From positions 1,949 to 65,948 of the forward strand of contig CAZRVM010000001.1 in the NCBI GenBank assembly GCA_964603625.1: a DNA stretch of 64,000 bases, given 5' to 3'. Shown here in pieces: positions 19,435 through 28,671 of the stretch. A program made the position numbers and the translations under genes. Every line of letters begins with the position of its first letter. Within the stretch, counting starts at the first letter, position 1. This DNA comes from an uncultured Candidatus Saccharibacteria bacterium (GTDB lineage: Bacteria; Patescibacteriota; Saccharimonadia; Saccharimonadales; JAGQNJ01). The notes below the pieces were generated by a model, which had not been told where the DNA came from, ran no database searches, and was given only the letters and a program-made list of their open reading frames with translations.

Positions 19435-19823
19435 TACTTTGCCTCCTTTTTGGTGGTAACTGTTTTTTTAGAAGGCTTTTTAACTTCTCTAATTTCGCCA
19501 TCAACCTTAACTCTAATATGAGAAGATTTTCTCTGAAAGCGTAAAGCACTACCACGAGCAGCTGGTCTAATTCTTTTAAGCCTAGGACCAGGCGTTACAG
19601 TAATTTCAGTTATTCGCAGAGTATTAGGTTTATAGTTGTGATTGTGAAGTGCATTTGCCTCTGCAGATTTTATAACTCTCGCCACAACATCAGCGCTTCG
19701 TCTAGGTGTGTTTTCCAAAATAATTAATGCGTCAGCCACACTTCGTCCTCTAACTAAATTAGCAACTACTCCAGTTTTACGAGGACTCATTCTAACACCT
19801 TTAGCTAATGCTTGAACAGACAT
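19434..19823 (-). CDS. rplV: 50S ribosomal protein L22
   Basis: RMSPRK, SAEANA, GPRLKR.RP.ARG, SHI. Confidence 0.97.
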   Translation of the reverse strand: MSVQALAKGVRMSPRKTGVVANLVRGRSVADALIILENTPRRSADVVARVIKSAEANALHNHNYKPNTLRITEITVTPGPRLKRIRPAARGSALRFQRKSSHIRVKVDGEIREVKKPSKKTVTTKKEAK

Positions 19824-20098
19824 TATTTTTGTCCTTTCGCAAGTTTGCCACCATGACTTCTAAATTTTCTAGTAGGCGAAAACTCTCCTAGTTTATGCCC
19901 GACCATATTCTCAGATATAAAAACAGGAACATGAACTTTGCCATTGTGTACAGCAATTGTTTTACCAACAAATTCAGGAGAGATTGTAGAAGCCCTTGCC
20001 CAAGTTTTAATTATTGTTCGATCATCTTTGCTTAAAGCATTTATTTTTTTAGCTAATTTTGGATCTACAAAAGGTCCTTTTTTAAGTGAACGGCTCAT
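19823..20098 (-). CDS. rpsS: 30S ribosomal protein S19
   Basis: [26 protein letters not shown]. Confidence 0.97.
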   Translation of the reverse strand: MSRSLKKGPFVDPKLAKKINALSKDDRTIIKTWARASTISPEFVGKTIAVHNGKVHVPVFISENMVGHKLGEFSPTRKFRSHGGKLAKGQK

Positions 20099-20106
20099 AT
20101 TTACCT

Positions 20107-20967
20107 CTACCTTCTCTTACTTTCGTGTCTGGAACGAATTATAAATTTATTGCTAGTTTTGCGCCTGCGTGTCTTATAGCCTAAGGTTTTTTGGCCCCAA
20201 GGTGTCTTAGGGGCAGCTCCGTGATTCTTACCTCCACCAATACCATGCCTTCCGCCATCGCCACCACCATGCGGGTGATCTACTGCGTTCATAACTACTC
20301 CACGAACAGTCGGGCGTATTCCCATATTTCGCTTTCGGCCAGCAGAACCATACTTAATATTTTTATGCTGTTCATTACCAACTACACCTAGGCTAGCCCA
20401 ACAATTTATATTTACCATTCTAATTTCACCACTTGGTAATTTAACTTGAGCATAATTGCCTTCTTTAGCAGTTAGTTGAGCGCTAGTTCCAGCGCTTCTA
20501 ACCATTTGAGCACCACTTCCTAGTTTCATTTCTATGGCATGAATTGTGCTACCAACCGGAATCTGAGTAAGTGGCAATCTATTACCAATCTCTATTGGGC
20601 ATTCAGTATTTGCTTCAATTGTTTGACCAACTTTCATGCCATTTACTGCTAATATATAGTGGTATTTATTGTTATTATCTTTTATGCGAGCAATATTTGC
20701 CGATCTATTTGGGTCATACTCAATAGCTTCAATAACTGCCGATGTGCCAATACTTAAATTGAAATTAACTATTCTATAAAACCGCTTAGCTCCACCACCT
20801 CTGTGTCTTACAGTAATTCTACCCTGATTATTTCGGCCACTATTTTGTTTTTTAGCAATTGTTAAAGACTTTAGGGGCCTTTGTTTTTTGGCTGTAATTT
20901 CATCAAAATCACGACTCGTCATACCACGACGCGCAGGCGTTGTTGGCTTATAAACTTTAATGGCCAT
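20107..20967 (-). CDS. rplB: 50S ribosomal protein L2
   Basis: [44 protein letters not shown]. Confidence 0.97.
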   Translation of the reverse strand: MAIKVYKPTTPARRGMTSRDFDEITAKKQRPLKSLTIAKKQNSGRNNQGRITVRHRGGGAKRFYRIVNFNLSIGTSAVIEAIEYDPNRSANIARIKDNNNKYHYILAVNGMKVGQTIEANTECPIEIGNRLPLTQIPVGSTIHAIEMKLGSGAQMVRSAGTSAQLTAKEGNYAQVKLPSGEIRMVNINCWASLGVVGNEQHKNIKYGSAGRKRNMGIRPTVRGVVMNAVDHPHGGGDGGRHGIGGGKNHGAAPKTPWGQKTLGYKTRRRKTSNKFIIRSRHESKRR

Positions 20968-21326
20968 TACTTAGACTCCTTAGATTTTGAATTTAAATCT
21001 TTCTTTGTAGATTTTTTATTAGATTTCTCTTCTTCGCCAAATATATTAATAGAATCGCCTTCTTTTAATCTAACATAGGCTTTTTTAATGTCTACTCTTT
21101 TTCCGGAAACTGGTTGGGTACGTTTTTGATACGATTTTTTTACTTTTCCTTTGACTATAACCAATCTTACATCTTTAACCGTAACAGAAAACTGACTTGA
21201 AACTGATTGACTAACCAACTGTTTATTAGAAGAAAAAGGCACATTAAATACATAGGTATTCATATCAATACTTTGCTTATAGGCTTTTTCACTCATAATT
21301 GGTTTTAGTATTAAAGATTTAGACAT
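20967..21326 (-). CDS. rplW: 50S ribosomal protein L23
   Basis: P.MSEK, YVFNV, KKAYVRL. Confidence 0.95.
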   Translation of the reverse strand: MSKSLILKPIMSEKAYKQSIDMNTYVFNVPFSSNKQLVSQSVSSQFSVTVKDVRLVIVKGKVKKSYQKRTQPVSGKRVDIKKAYVRLKEGDSINIFGEEEKSNKKSTKKDLNSKSKESK

Positions 21327-21957
21327 TTTCCACGTCCCCCAACCATTGGTTTATAATTGCTAATGCTTTATTACTTATAATAATATGATTGGCATTTAAA
21401 ATATTATAAACATTTAAATACTTAGCTTGAGTTAATATTAAATACGGCAAATTATTAGTAGCTCTCTCTTTCAAGTTATTCTTTTCGGAGGTCACTAACA
21501 AAACATTTCTATCTGCATCTAACTTATTCAATAATTTAGTAGCAGAGCTTACTTTGCCATCGGCAAAATCAATTGTTTCAATAACTTTAATTTGTTTTGC
21601 TTTTAGGCTCAAAGCTTGTTTTATAGCCAATCTTTTGCTTTCAGAATTTAGTCTTTTAGTAAAATTCTCGTGTCCAGTTGGGCCGAAGACAATACCACCA
21701 CCACGCCAAATTGGGTTTCTGATAGATCCAAATCTGGCTCTACCAGTACCTTTTTGGCGCCAAGGTTTACGGCCACCACCTCGTACCAATCCTCTAGTCT
21801 TAACAATAGCCAAATTAGAGCGTCCTTGTGCTAAATAGCTGATGTAAGCCTGTTTTAGGAGTTCATTATTTTTAACATCGACTTCAAAAACCTCTTTAGG
21901 TAATTTTGCAGAAGTACTTGCTTTAGAGCCACTTTTAGTAAAAGTTGGAGCATTCAT
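21319..21957 (-). CDS. rplD: 50S ribosomal protein L4
   Basis: KTRG.VRGGGRKPWRQKGTGRAR.GS, WRGGG..FGP. Confidence 0.97.
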   Translation of the reverse strand: MNAPTFTKSGSKASTSAKLPKEVFEVDVKNNELLKQAYISYLAQGRSNLAIVKTRGLVRGGGRKPWRQKGTGRARFGSIRNPIWRGGGIVFGPTGHENFTKRLNSESKRLAIKQALSLKAKQIKVIETIDFADGKVSSATKLLNKLDADRNVLLVTSEKNNLKERATNNLPYLILTQAKYLNVYNILNANHIIISNKALAIINQWLGDVENV

Positions 21958-22568
21958 TAGTTTACACCCTTTAGCATGACGATACCTTTACTCGGTCCGG
22001 GCACTGAGCCTATTACACCAATTATATTGTGCTCAGTATCAACCATTGCAACTTTGATATTCTTAGTGGTTACTCTTTCAGATCCCATTTGGCCAGCCAT
22101 TTTCTTACCTTTAAATATTTTTTGCGGATACATAGAACCTATTGAACCCGGTCGACGATAACTTCTACCGCCATGAGTTTTACGGCCTCTATGAAAGTTA
22201 TGTCTTTTAATAGTTCCGGCAAAACCCTTTCCTTTGCTTACACCTGTAACATCTACTAAATCTCCAACAACAAAAATATCGGCCGAAAGTTTTTGGCCGA
22301 CAGTCATTTGTTCAGTGATTTCATTTACTTTAAATTCCTTAATGATCCTTGAGTTTGCTTTTGCTTTCTTAATATGCCCCGCAAGAGGTTTGTTAGTTTT
22401 TGCAGTCTCTTCAAAGCCAAGTTGGATTGCACTATAGCCATCTACTTCATTATTTTTTACTTGCAAAATCGTGTTTGGAGTAGCACTAAGTAAAGTAACA
22501 GCTAATACTGTACCATCTTTATCGATCGTACTAGTCATGCCTACTTTTCTAGTGATTATTGCTTTCAT
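21957..22568 (-). CDS. rplC: 50S ribosomal protein L3
   Basis: KVGMT, DGYSAIQLG, SKGKGFAGTIKRH, PGSIG, MAGQMG; start set at MKAI after SD AGGAG. Confidence 0.97.
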   Translation of the reverse strand: MKAIITRKVGMTSTIDKDGTVLAVTLLSATPNTILQVKNNEVDGYSAIQLGFEETAKTNKPLAGHIKKAKANSRIIKEFKVNEITEQMTVGQKLSADIFVVGDLVDVTGVSKGKGFAGTIKRHNFHRGRKTHGGRSYRRPGSIGSMYPQKIFKGKKMAGQMGSERVTTKNIKVAMVDTEHNIIGVIGSVPGPSKGIVMLKGVN

Positions 22569-22671
22569 TCTACTCCTACTTATATTTTTGCATAAAAATT
22601 CTTGGTATATAGCAGTTTTCGATATCTTATTGAACTTGCTTGTATACACCAAGAAAACAATATACCAATAT

Positions 22672-22701
22672 ATACTAACATTTTCTCATTTTATCTGTCA
22701 A
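22672..22701 (-). promoter_or_regulatory. Internal promoter between rpsJ and rplC
   Basis: TTGACA-N18-TAGTAT with TGn extended -10. Confidence 0.55.
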
Positions 22702-22737
22702 CCTGTTGTTTATTTTACGCTAACTAAAAAACACTTT

Positions 22738-23070
22738 TTACATTTTAATTTCGGCATCACAACCAGCCGGTAAAGATAAGTTCATTAAATTCTCAATGGT
22801 TTTTGGGCTTGGATCTAGAACATCTATCAATCTTTTATGTATTCTCATCTCAAATTGCTCCCGACCCTTTTTGAATACATGGGGGCTTTTTACCACCGTG
22901 TATGATGTCCTATCCGTTGGAAGTGGTACTGGACCGGCAATAGTAGCTCCAGTTCTAAGTGCCGTTTCTACAATTTTTTTGGCTGATTGGTCAATTATTT
23001 TATGATCATAGGCCTTTAAACGAATTCTTATTCTTGCTTTGCTACTTTCTGACTTTTTAGCTTCTGCCAT
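22738..23070 (-). CDS. rpsJ: 30S ribosomal protein S10
   Basis: [34 protein letters not shown]. Confidence 0.97.
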   Translation of the reverse strand: MAEAKKSESSKARIRIRLKAYDHKIIDQSAKKIVETALRTGATIAGPVPLPTDRTSYTVVKSPHVFKKGREQFEMRIHKRLIDVLDPSPKTIENLMNLSLPAGCDAEIKM

Positions 23071-23429
23071 TTATGCTATCTCCTTTTGTTGTGATGTAAC
23101 ATCTTTGCAAAGTAATTTAACATTTGTAACGAGTTTTAATCATCACGATTATTTTGTACCCATACATATTACAACATATTTAATACTTATTCAAATCATT
23201 ATTAGAAACTGCCAGCCAAAAATTTCTGATTTTTTGTATTTATATTGTTTTTGAAGAATTACATTAGCATTGAAATAAGCAATAAGGAAAGTTTTGACTG
23301 CAAGTTTAGATGCCGTACATATATATATGATAGCAATTCCTACCACAATTTTTTTAGATACAGAGATAAATAGGATCTATATTTGAGTTTTAAAATGTTT
23401 GTATCCAGACTTTAAACTGCTTTTAATAA

Positions 23430-23464
23430 AAATTAAGACTCGAAATATATTTGAGTCTTAATTT
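23430..23464 (-). terminator. Intrinsic terminator after tuf
   Basis: AATTAAGACTC..GAGTCTTAATT inverted repeat with T-rich tail on minus strand. Confidence 0.7.
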
Positions 23465-23483
23465 CATTTGTCTGCAAGAAAGA

Positions 23484-24665
23484 TTATTTATTTATCTTGG
23501 TTACAACTCCAGCTCCAACCGTACGGCCACCTTCACGAATAGCAAAGCGCTGTCCTTGATCCATAGCAATAGGCTGAATCAGTTTAACTTTAAAAGTTAC
23601 TGTGTCGCCCGGCATCACCATTTCTTTATCTGCAGGAAGTTCTACTTCTCCAGTTACATCAGTAGTCCTAAAGTAGAATTGTGGTTTATAACCCTTAAAG
23701 AATGGAGTATGGCGACCACCCTCTTCTTTAGTTAAAACATAAACTTCGGCATCAAACTCAGTATGAGGATTAATTGTACCTGGTTTTGCTAAAACTTGAC
23801 CGCGTTCAATATCATCGCGTTCAACACCGCGAAGTAAGATTCCAACATTATCACCAGCTTGGCCTTGGTCAAGGTTCTTCTTAAACATTTCTACGCCAGT
23901 AACAACACTTTTCTTAGTGTCTCTAATTCCAACTATTTCTACTTCATCGTTAATTTTAACGATACCCTGTTCTATACGACCAGTAGCAACCGTACCTCGC
24001 CCCTTAATAGAAAAGACATCTTCAATTGCCATCATAAATGGTTTGTCTAGATCTCTCTTTGGCTCAGGGATGAAATCGTCCATTGCCTTAACTAGATCCA
24101 TAACAGCATCCATATCTGACTCCGAGCCTTCTAATGCTTTTGTTGCGGAACCTTTGATAATAGGTGCGTCTTCGTCAAACCCATTCTTAGCAAGTAGTTC
24201 ACGAACGTCCATTTCTACAAGTTCAACAAGTTCTGGATCAGCTAGGTCCATTTTATTTAAAAACACAACTATTTTTGGAACACCAACTTGACGAGCAAGC
24301 AAAACATGTTCTCTGGTTTGAGGCATAGGGCCATCTGCTGCTGAAACTACTAAAACAGCTCCATCTACTTGGGCTGCACCAGTAATCATATTCTTAATAT
24401 AGTCGGCGTGACCTGGCATATCAACATGAGCGTAATGCCTTTTATCTGTCTCATATTCTTGGTGAGACACAGCAATAGTTATGCCTCTCTGCTTTTCTTC
24501 AGGCGCATTATCAATTTGATCATAATTGATAGGTTTATTTATTTCACTTGGAAGTCGTTTAGACAGCGTGTGCGTAATTGCAGCCGTTAGAGTTGTTTTG
24601 CCATGGTCAACATGACCCATTGTACCTACATTTACATGAGGTTTGCTTCTATCGAAGTCAGCCAT
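23484..24665 (-). CDS. tuf: Elongation factor Tu
   Basis: [43 protein letters not shown]; own promoter TTTACA-N17-TAATAT upstream. Confidence 0.98.
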   Translation of the reverse strand: MADFDRSKPHVNVGTMGHVDHGKTTLTAAITHTLSKRLPSEINKPINYDQIDNAPEEKQRGITIAVSHQEYETDKRHYAHVDMPGHADYIKNMITGAAQVDGAVLVVSAADGPMPQTREHVLLARQVGVPKIVVFLNKMDLADPELVELVEMDVRELLAKNGFDEDAPIIKGSATKALEGSESDMDAVMDLVKAMDDFIPEPKRDLDKPFMMAIEDVFSIKGRGTVATGRIEQGIVKINDEVEIVGIRDTKKSVVTGVEMFKKNLDQGQAGDNVGILLRGVERDDIERGQVLAKPGTINPHTEFDAEVYVLTKEEGGRHTPFFKGYKPQFYFRTTDVTGEVELPADKEMVMPGDTVTFKVKLIQPIAMDQGQRFAIREGGRTVGAGVVTKINK

Positions 24666-24777
24666 TATTTTAGCTCCTTTATTAAATTAATTTTATCTTG
24701 TAAATCTATATAATACTCACAAGAGATACTTATTAATATTATCTGAAAATAACTATTTTGTAAAGCAAATTGAAGCA

Positions 24778-24981
24778 TTAAATTTCATCTGAGTTTTCTA
24801 TCTTTTCTATTATAGGTTCGTCTACTCCAATGCTAACACTAAGTTGGGTAAATGTATCGCTAATTTGGGCAACATGTTTAGTTAAAAGTTGCCCTATTCT
24901 TTTACTAAAACTTACCATAATTGATGAGTGCTGTTCTCTTATTTCAGACAATGGAACAATTGATTCTCTTTTACTACTCAT
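24778..24981 (-). CDS. Small hypothetical protein between fusA and tuf
   Basis: 67-aa ORF MSSKRESIVPLSE... starting 10 nt after fusA stop, co-oriented. Confidence 0.5.
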   Translation of the reverse strand: MSSKRESIVPLSEIREQHSSIMVSFSKRIGQLLTKHVAQISDTFTQLSVSIGVDEPIIEKIENSDEI

Positions 24982-24991
24982 AAAACTTAGC

Positions 24992-27079
24992 TTATTTAGA
25001 ATTCTTTGCAACAATTGCCTCTGTTACATGATTTGGCACATCTGCATAATGGTCTAATTCCATGCTAGAACCAGCTCGACCTTGTGTCATAGATCTTAAG
25101 TTTGTTGTATAACCAAACATTTCTCCAAGAGGTACAAAAGCCGTAATTTCTTTAACACCAGCTGAAAGATCTTCCATTGATTCAACTCGTCCTCGTTTGC
25201 TATTTAAATCACCAATGACATCGCCCATAAAGTTCTCTGGTGTTACAACCACGACCTTCATTATTGGCTCAAGTAAAACAGGGTTAGATCTTTTAACGCC
25301 CTCTTGCAAAGCCATACTTCCGGCAATTTTAAAAGCCATTTCACTAGAATCTACATCATGATAACTTCCGTCATAAAGTTCAGCTTTGATATCTACTACC
25401 GGATAGCCTGCTAAAACACCATTAGCCATAGACTCCTCAATTCCTGCTTTTACTGGATTAATATACTCAGCAGGCACCACTCCACCTTTGATTGAGTTGA
25501 TGAATTCAAAACCTTTTCCTGCTTCATTTTGCGAAAGTCTTAACCAAACATGTCCATACTGGCCTCTACCGCCAGATTGTCGAATAAATTTACCTTCAAC
25601 TTCGGTATTATCTTTTCTGATAGTTTCACGATAAGCAACTTGAGGCTGACCTATATTAGCTTCAACATTGAACTCTCGCTTCATTCTGTCTACTAAAATT
25701 TCAAGGTGTAATTCTCCCATCCCAGATATAATGGTTTGCCCTGTTTCCTCGTCTACTTTAATTCTGAAAGTTGGGTCTTCTTCAGCAAGTCTCTGTAGTG
25801 CTAAACTCATTTTTTCTTGATCGGCCTTAGTTTTTGGCTCAATAGCAATACTTACGGGTGGCTCTGGAAAGGTAATACTTTCAAGTACTATCGGATTATT
25901 TTGATCACACAATGTATTACCAGTAGTTGTGCCTTTTAAGCCAACAATGGCAGCAATATCACCAGCCTCAACTTCTGTTACATCGTCTCGTTTATCTGCA
26001 TGCAGGCGCACAATTCGACCAACTCGTTCTTTTTCTCCCGTGCTACTATTAAAAATATAAGATCCGGCTAAAATTTTTCCAGAATAAACTCTAAAATATG
26101 CTAATTTACCCACAAAAGGGTCAGATGTTATCTTAAAAGCTAATGCTGAAAACGGCTCAGTAATGCTTGGTTTGCGTTCAATTTCTTCATCTGTTTTAGG
26201 ATGCTTACCCCAAGTTGAGCCTACATCTAATGGACTTGGTAAAAAATCATTAACCATATCTAATACTTTTTCAACAATTACACCTCGACCATCGCCACCT
26301 GTTACCGGAAAGAATTTGCCTGTTAAAGTTGCTGTTCTTATAGCTTGCTTAACTTCTTCTTCGGTCAAGCCTTCTTCGCCTACTTCAAAATACTTTTCAA
26401 GCATTGTTTCGTCTTCAGCAACAGCATTTTCAATTAACAAGCTACGATATTTTTTAGCTTTTTCTAGCATATCTGCAGGGATTTCTCCTTCAACAAGTTC
26501 TTTATCGGAGAATTCTTTGTATGTATAGGATTTCATATTGATTAAATCCACTACGCCATTGATAGACTGTTCAAAACCGATTGGCAAGTGAACTGGAAAA
26601 GCATGCTTGTTAAGTCTGTTATGAATAGAATCTAACGATTTATAGAAATCACCACCCGTTTGATTAATCTTATTAATAAAGCAAATTCGTGGCACGCCGT
26701 ATTTATCTGCCTGACGCCAAACTGTTTCACTTTGCGATTCAACACCCATTTTGCCATCAAAAACTACGCATGCTCCGTCTAGCACTCGCAAGGATCTTTC
26801 AACTTCAACTGTAAAATCAATATGCCCTGGTGTATCAATAATATTAATTTGGTGATTTTTCCAAAAACAAGTTACCGATGCAGCCACTATTGTAATACCA
26901 CGCTCGCGTTCTTGTGCCATCCAGTCGGTAGTTGTTTCTCCCTCATGTACAGCACCAATTTTATGATTTAAACCAGTTCGGTACAGAATACCTTCAGTTG
27001 TGGTTGTTTTACCTGCATCAATATGGGCAATGATGCCCAAGTTGCGTATGTCTTTCATTTCTACTTTTTTATCTGCCAT
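24992..27079 (-). CDS. fusA: Elongation factor G (atypical G4/G5 motifs)
   Basis: [65 protein letters not shown]; str operon position. Confidence 0.97.
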   Translation of the reverse strand: MADKKVEMKDIRNLGIIAHIDAGKTTTTEGILYRTGLNHKIGAVHEGETTTDWMAQERERGITIVAASVTCFWKNHQINIIDTPGHIDFTVEVERSLRVLDGACVVFDGKMGVESQSETVWRQADKYGVPRICFINKINQTGGDFYKSLDSIHNRLNKHAFPVHLPIGFEQSINGVVDLINMKSYTYKEFSDKELVEGEIPADMLEKAKKYRSLLIENAVAEDETMLEKYFEVGEEGLTEEEVKQAIRTATLTGKFFPVTGGDGRGVIVEKVLDMVNDFLPSPLDVGSTWGKHPKTDEEIERKPSITEPFSALAFKITSDPFVGKLAYFRVYSGKILAGSYIFNSSTGEKERVGRIVRLHADKRDDVTEVEAGDIAAIVGLKGTTTGNTLCDQNNPIVLESITFPEPPVSIAIEPKTKADQEKMSLALQRLAEEDPTFRIKVDEETGQTIISGMGELHLEILVDRMKREFNVEANIGQPQVAYRETIRKDNTEVEGKFIRQSGGRGQYGHVWLRLSQNEAGKGFEFINSIKGGVVPAEYINPVKAGIEESMANGVLAGYPVVDIKAELYDGSYHDVDSSEMAFKIAGSMALQEGVKRSNPVLLEPIMKVVVVTPENFMGDVIGDLNSKRGRVESMEDLSAGVKEITAFVPLGEMFGYTTNLRSMTQGRAGSSMELDHYADVPNHVTEAIVAKNSK

Positions 27080-27094
27080 GTTTTTCCTTTCTGT

Positions 27095-27433
27095 TTACTG
27101 ATTGTTCCATTTATTTACAAATTGTTCTTTGTCTGAAATTCCACCAAGTATTGAAAGCATTAGATTTGTTGCATCTAGAACTATTACTAAATTTTCTTCA
27201 GGGCTACTTTTATCACCCCTAATCTCTTCATTAAAAACAATCGCTGTACAATTTTTATCTGTAAATTCATGTTCGTACTTTAGCCCGCGATCAGTAATTG
27301 TAGAAAGTAAGCTTTCCGAATGTTCAAAAGGTGGCTCAATCCGAATATAGCCATAATCAAATGTTTTTTCACAACCAACAACAGCGGTGTATTCACCATG
27401 TTCTAATTTGTGATCAATTTCAATAAGTGGCAT
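27095..27433 (-). CDS. Hypothetical acidic protein between rpsG and fusA
   Basis: 112-aa co-oriented ORF filling the gap. Confidence 0.6.
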   Translation of the reverse strand: MPLIEIDHKLEHGEYTAVVGCEKTFDYGYIRIEPPFEHSESLLSTITDRGLKYEHEFTDKNCTAIVFNEEIRGDKSSPEENLVIVLDATNLMLSILGGISDKEQFVNKWNNQ

Positions 27434-27441
27434 TATTCTAA

Positions 27442-27918
27442 TTACCTGGCAAAGTGGGCAAAAGCTCGGTTGGCTTCAGCCATCTTATGAGTATCTTCAC
27501 GCTTTTTAACTGCAATACCGGTGTTATTGTAAGCATCTGTAAGTTCTTGGGCAATCCTATCAACCATACTCATACCTTTATGACTTCTAGCCGATTGGAC
27601 AAACCACATAATAGTTAAATGCTGTTGACGCTGACCTTTAACTTCAAAAGGAATCTGATAGTTAGCACCACCAACTCTCCGTGAGCGCGTTTCGAGTTGT
27701 GGCTGGATATTTTTCATTGCTTGTTCAAAGATATCTAAAGGATTTTTGACTTTTAGTTTATCGGCAGATTTTTGCATTCCATCATACACTAATCTTTCGG
27801 CAAGTTGTTTTTTGCCATTAAGCATTACTCTATTGATAACCTTTTGAACCTGCACACTATTATAGATTCTATCTGGTTGAATATCTCTAATTAAAGACTT
27901 AGTTTTTTTTCTAGGCAT
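27442..27918 (-). CDS. rpsG: 30S ribosomal protein S7
   Basis: SRRVGGANYQIP, HKMAEANRAFAHF. Confidence 0.97.
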   Translation of the reverse strand: MPRKKTKSLIRDIQPDRIYNSVQVQKVINRVMLNGKKQLAERLVYDGMQKSADKLKVKNPLDIFEQAMKNIQPQLETRSRRVGGANYQIPFEVKGQRQQHLTIMWFVQSARSHKGMSMVDRIAQELTDAYNNTGIAVKKREDTHKMAEANRAFAHFAR

Positions 27919-28162
27919 TTTTGCCTCCTACTTTCTTTATATAAGAAAAATAATCATTATATTCATTGTCTTCCTTAGCAATAGCTTGAACCGCTAAAGA
28001 TGCAAGCCCACATTGCAAACTAGGAATTGCTTCACATATATTATGACATTCAGACTTAAACGATCTTCCTGTAATTTCCACATATTGTTGATTATAATCA
28101 CACTCACCACAATCAGGTAAAGTTACATTATAATCTTCGGTTATTGGATAAAATTCAACCAT
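27911..28162 (-). CDS. Hypothetical Cys-rich protein between rpsL and rpsG
   Basis: 83-aa ORF; TAATG overlap with rpsL; its 3' end carries the rpsG SD (AGGAGG); CGEC and CHNIC..C. Confidence 0.6.
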   Translation of the reverse strand: MVEFYPITEDYNVTLPDCGECDYNQQYVEITGRSFKSECHNICEAIPSLQCGLASLAVQAIAKEDNEYNDYFSYIKKVGGKNA

Positions 28163-28575
28163 TATTTACCTGCCTTTTTTGTGCCATATTTAGAACGGCC
28201 TTGTTTTCGATTTTCAACACCCTGCAAATCTAAAGCTCCACGAACAATATGATAGCGCACACCGGGCAAGTCTTTTACTCGGCCACCACGGATCATTACA
28301 ACTGCGTGTTCTTGTAAGTTATGACCTTCTCCACCAATATAAGCCCATACTTCGTGGCCATTTTGCAACCTTACACGAGCTACTTTTCTAAGTGCCGAGT
28401 TAGGTTTCTTAGGTGTTTTAGTTGTTACCTTAACGCAAACGCCTCTTTTAAATGGTGATGGCTTTTCATAGTTTTTAGTTTTCAAACTATTCACCACCCG
28501 GTGTAAAGCCGGTGATTTAGATTTTTTAATTGTTTTAGTTCTAGGTTTTCGAACTAATTGATTGATAGTTGGCAC
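28162..28575 (-). CDS. rpsL: 30S ribosomal protein S12
   Basis: [38 protein letters not shown]; GTG start with SD AAGGAG. Confidence 0.98.
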   Translation of the reverse strand: MPTINQLVRKPRTKTIKKSKSPALHRVVNSLKTKNYEKPSPFKRGVCVKVTTKTPKKPNSALRKVARVRLQNGHEVWAYIGGEGHNLQEHAVVMIRGGRVKDLPGVRYHIVRGALDLQGVENRKQGRSKYGTKKAGK

Positions 28576-28671
28576 TTGTTCTCCTTTTAAAGTTTGTAAT
28601 CTACTGCAACATTTGCAAATGCCGCTGCAATGGCTCGGACTACTTAATTTAACATATTGATTCTAACAGAT

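Noticed and set aside
23250-23430. Possible ~40-aa TTG-start ORF on the plus strand between rpsJ and tuf
   Set aside because: Short, no convincing start signal; expected by chance in AT-rich DNA.
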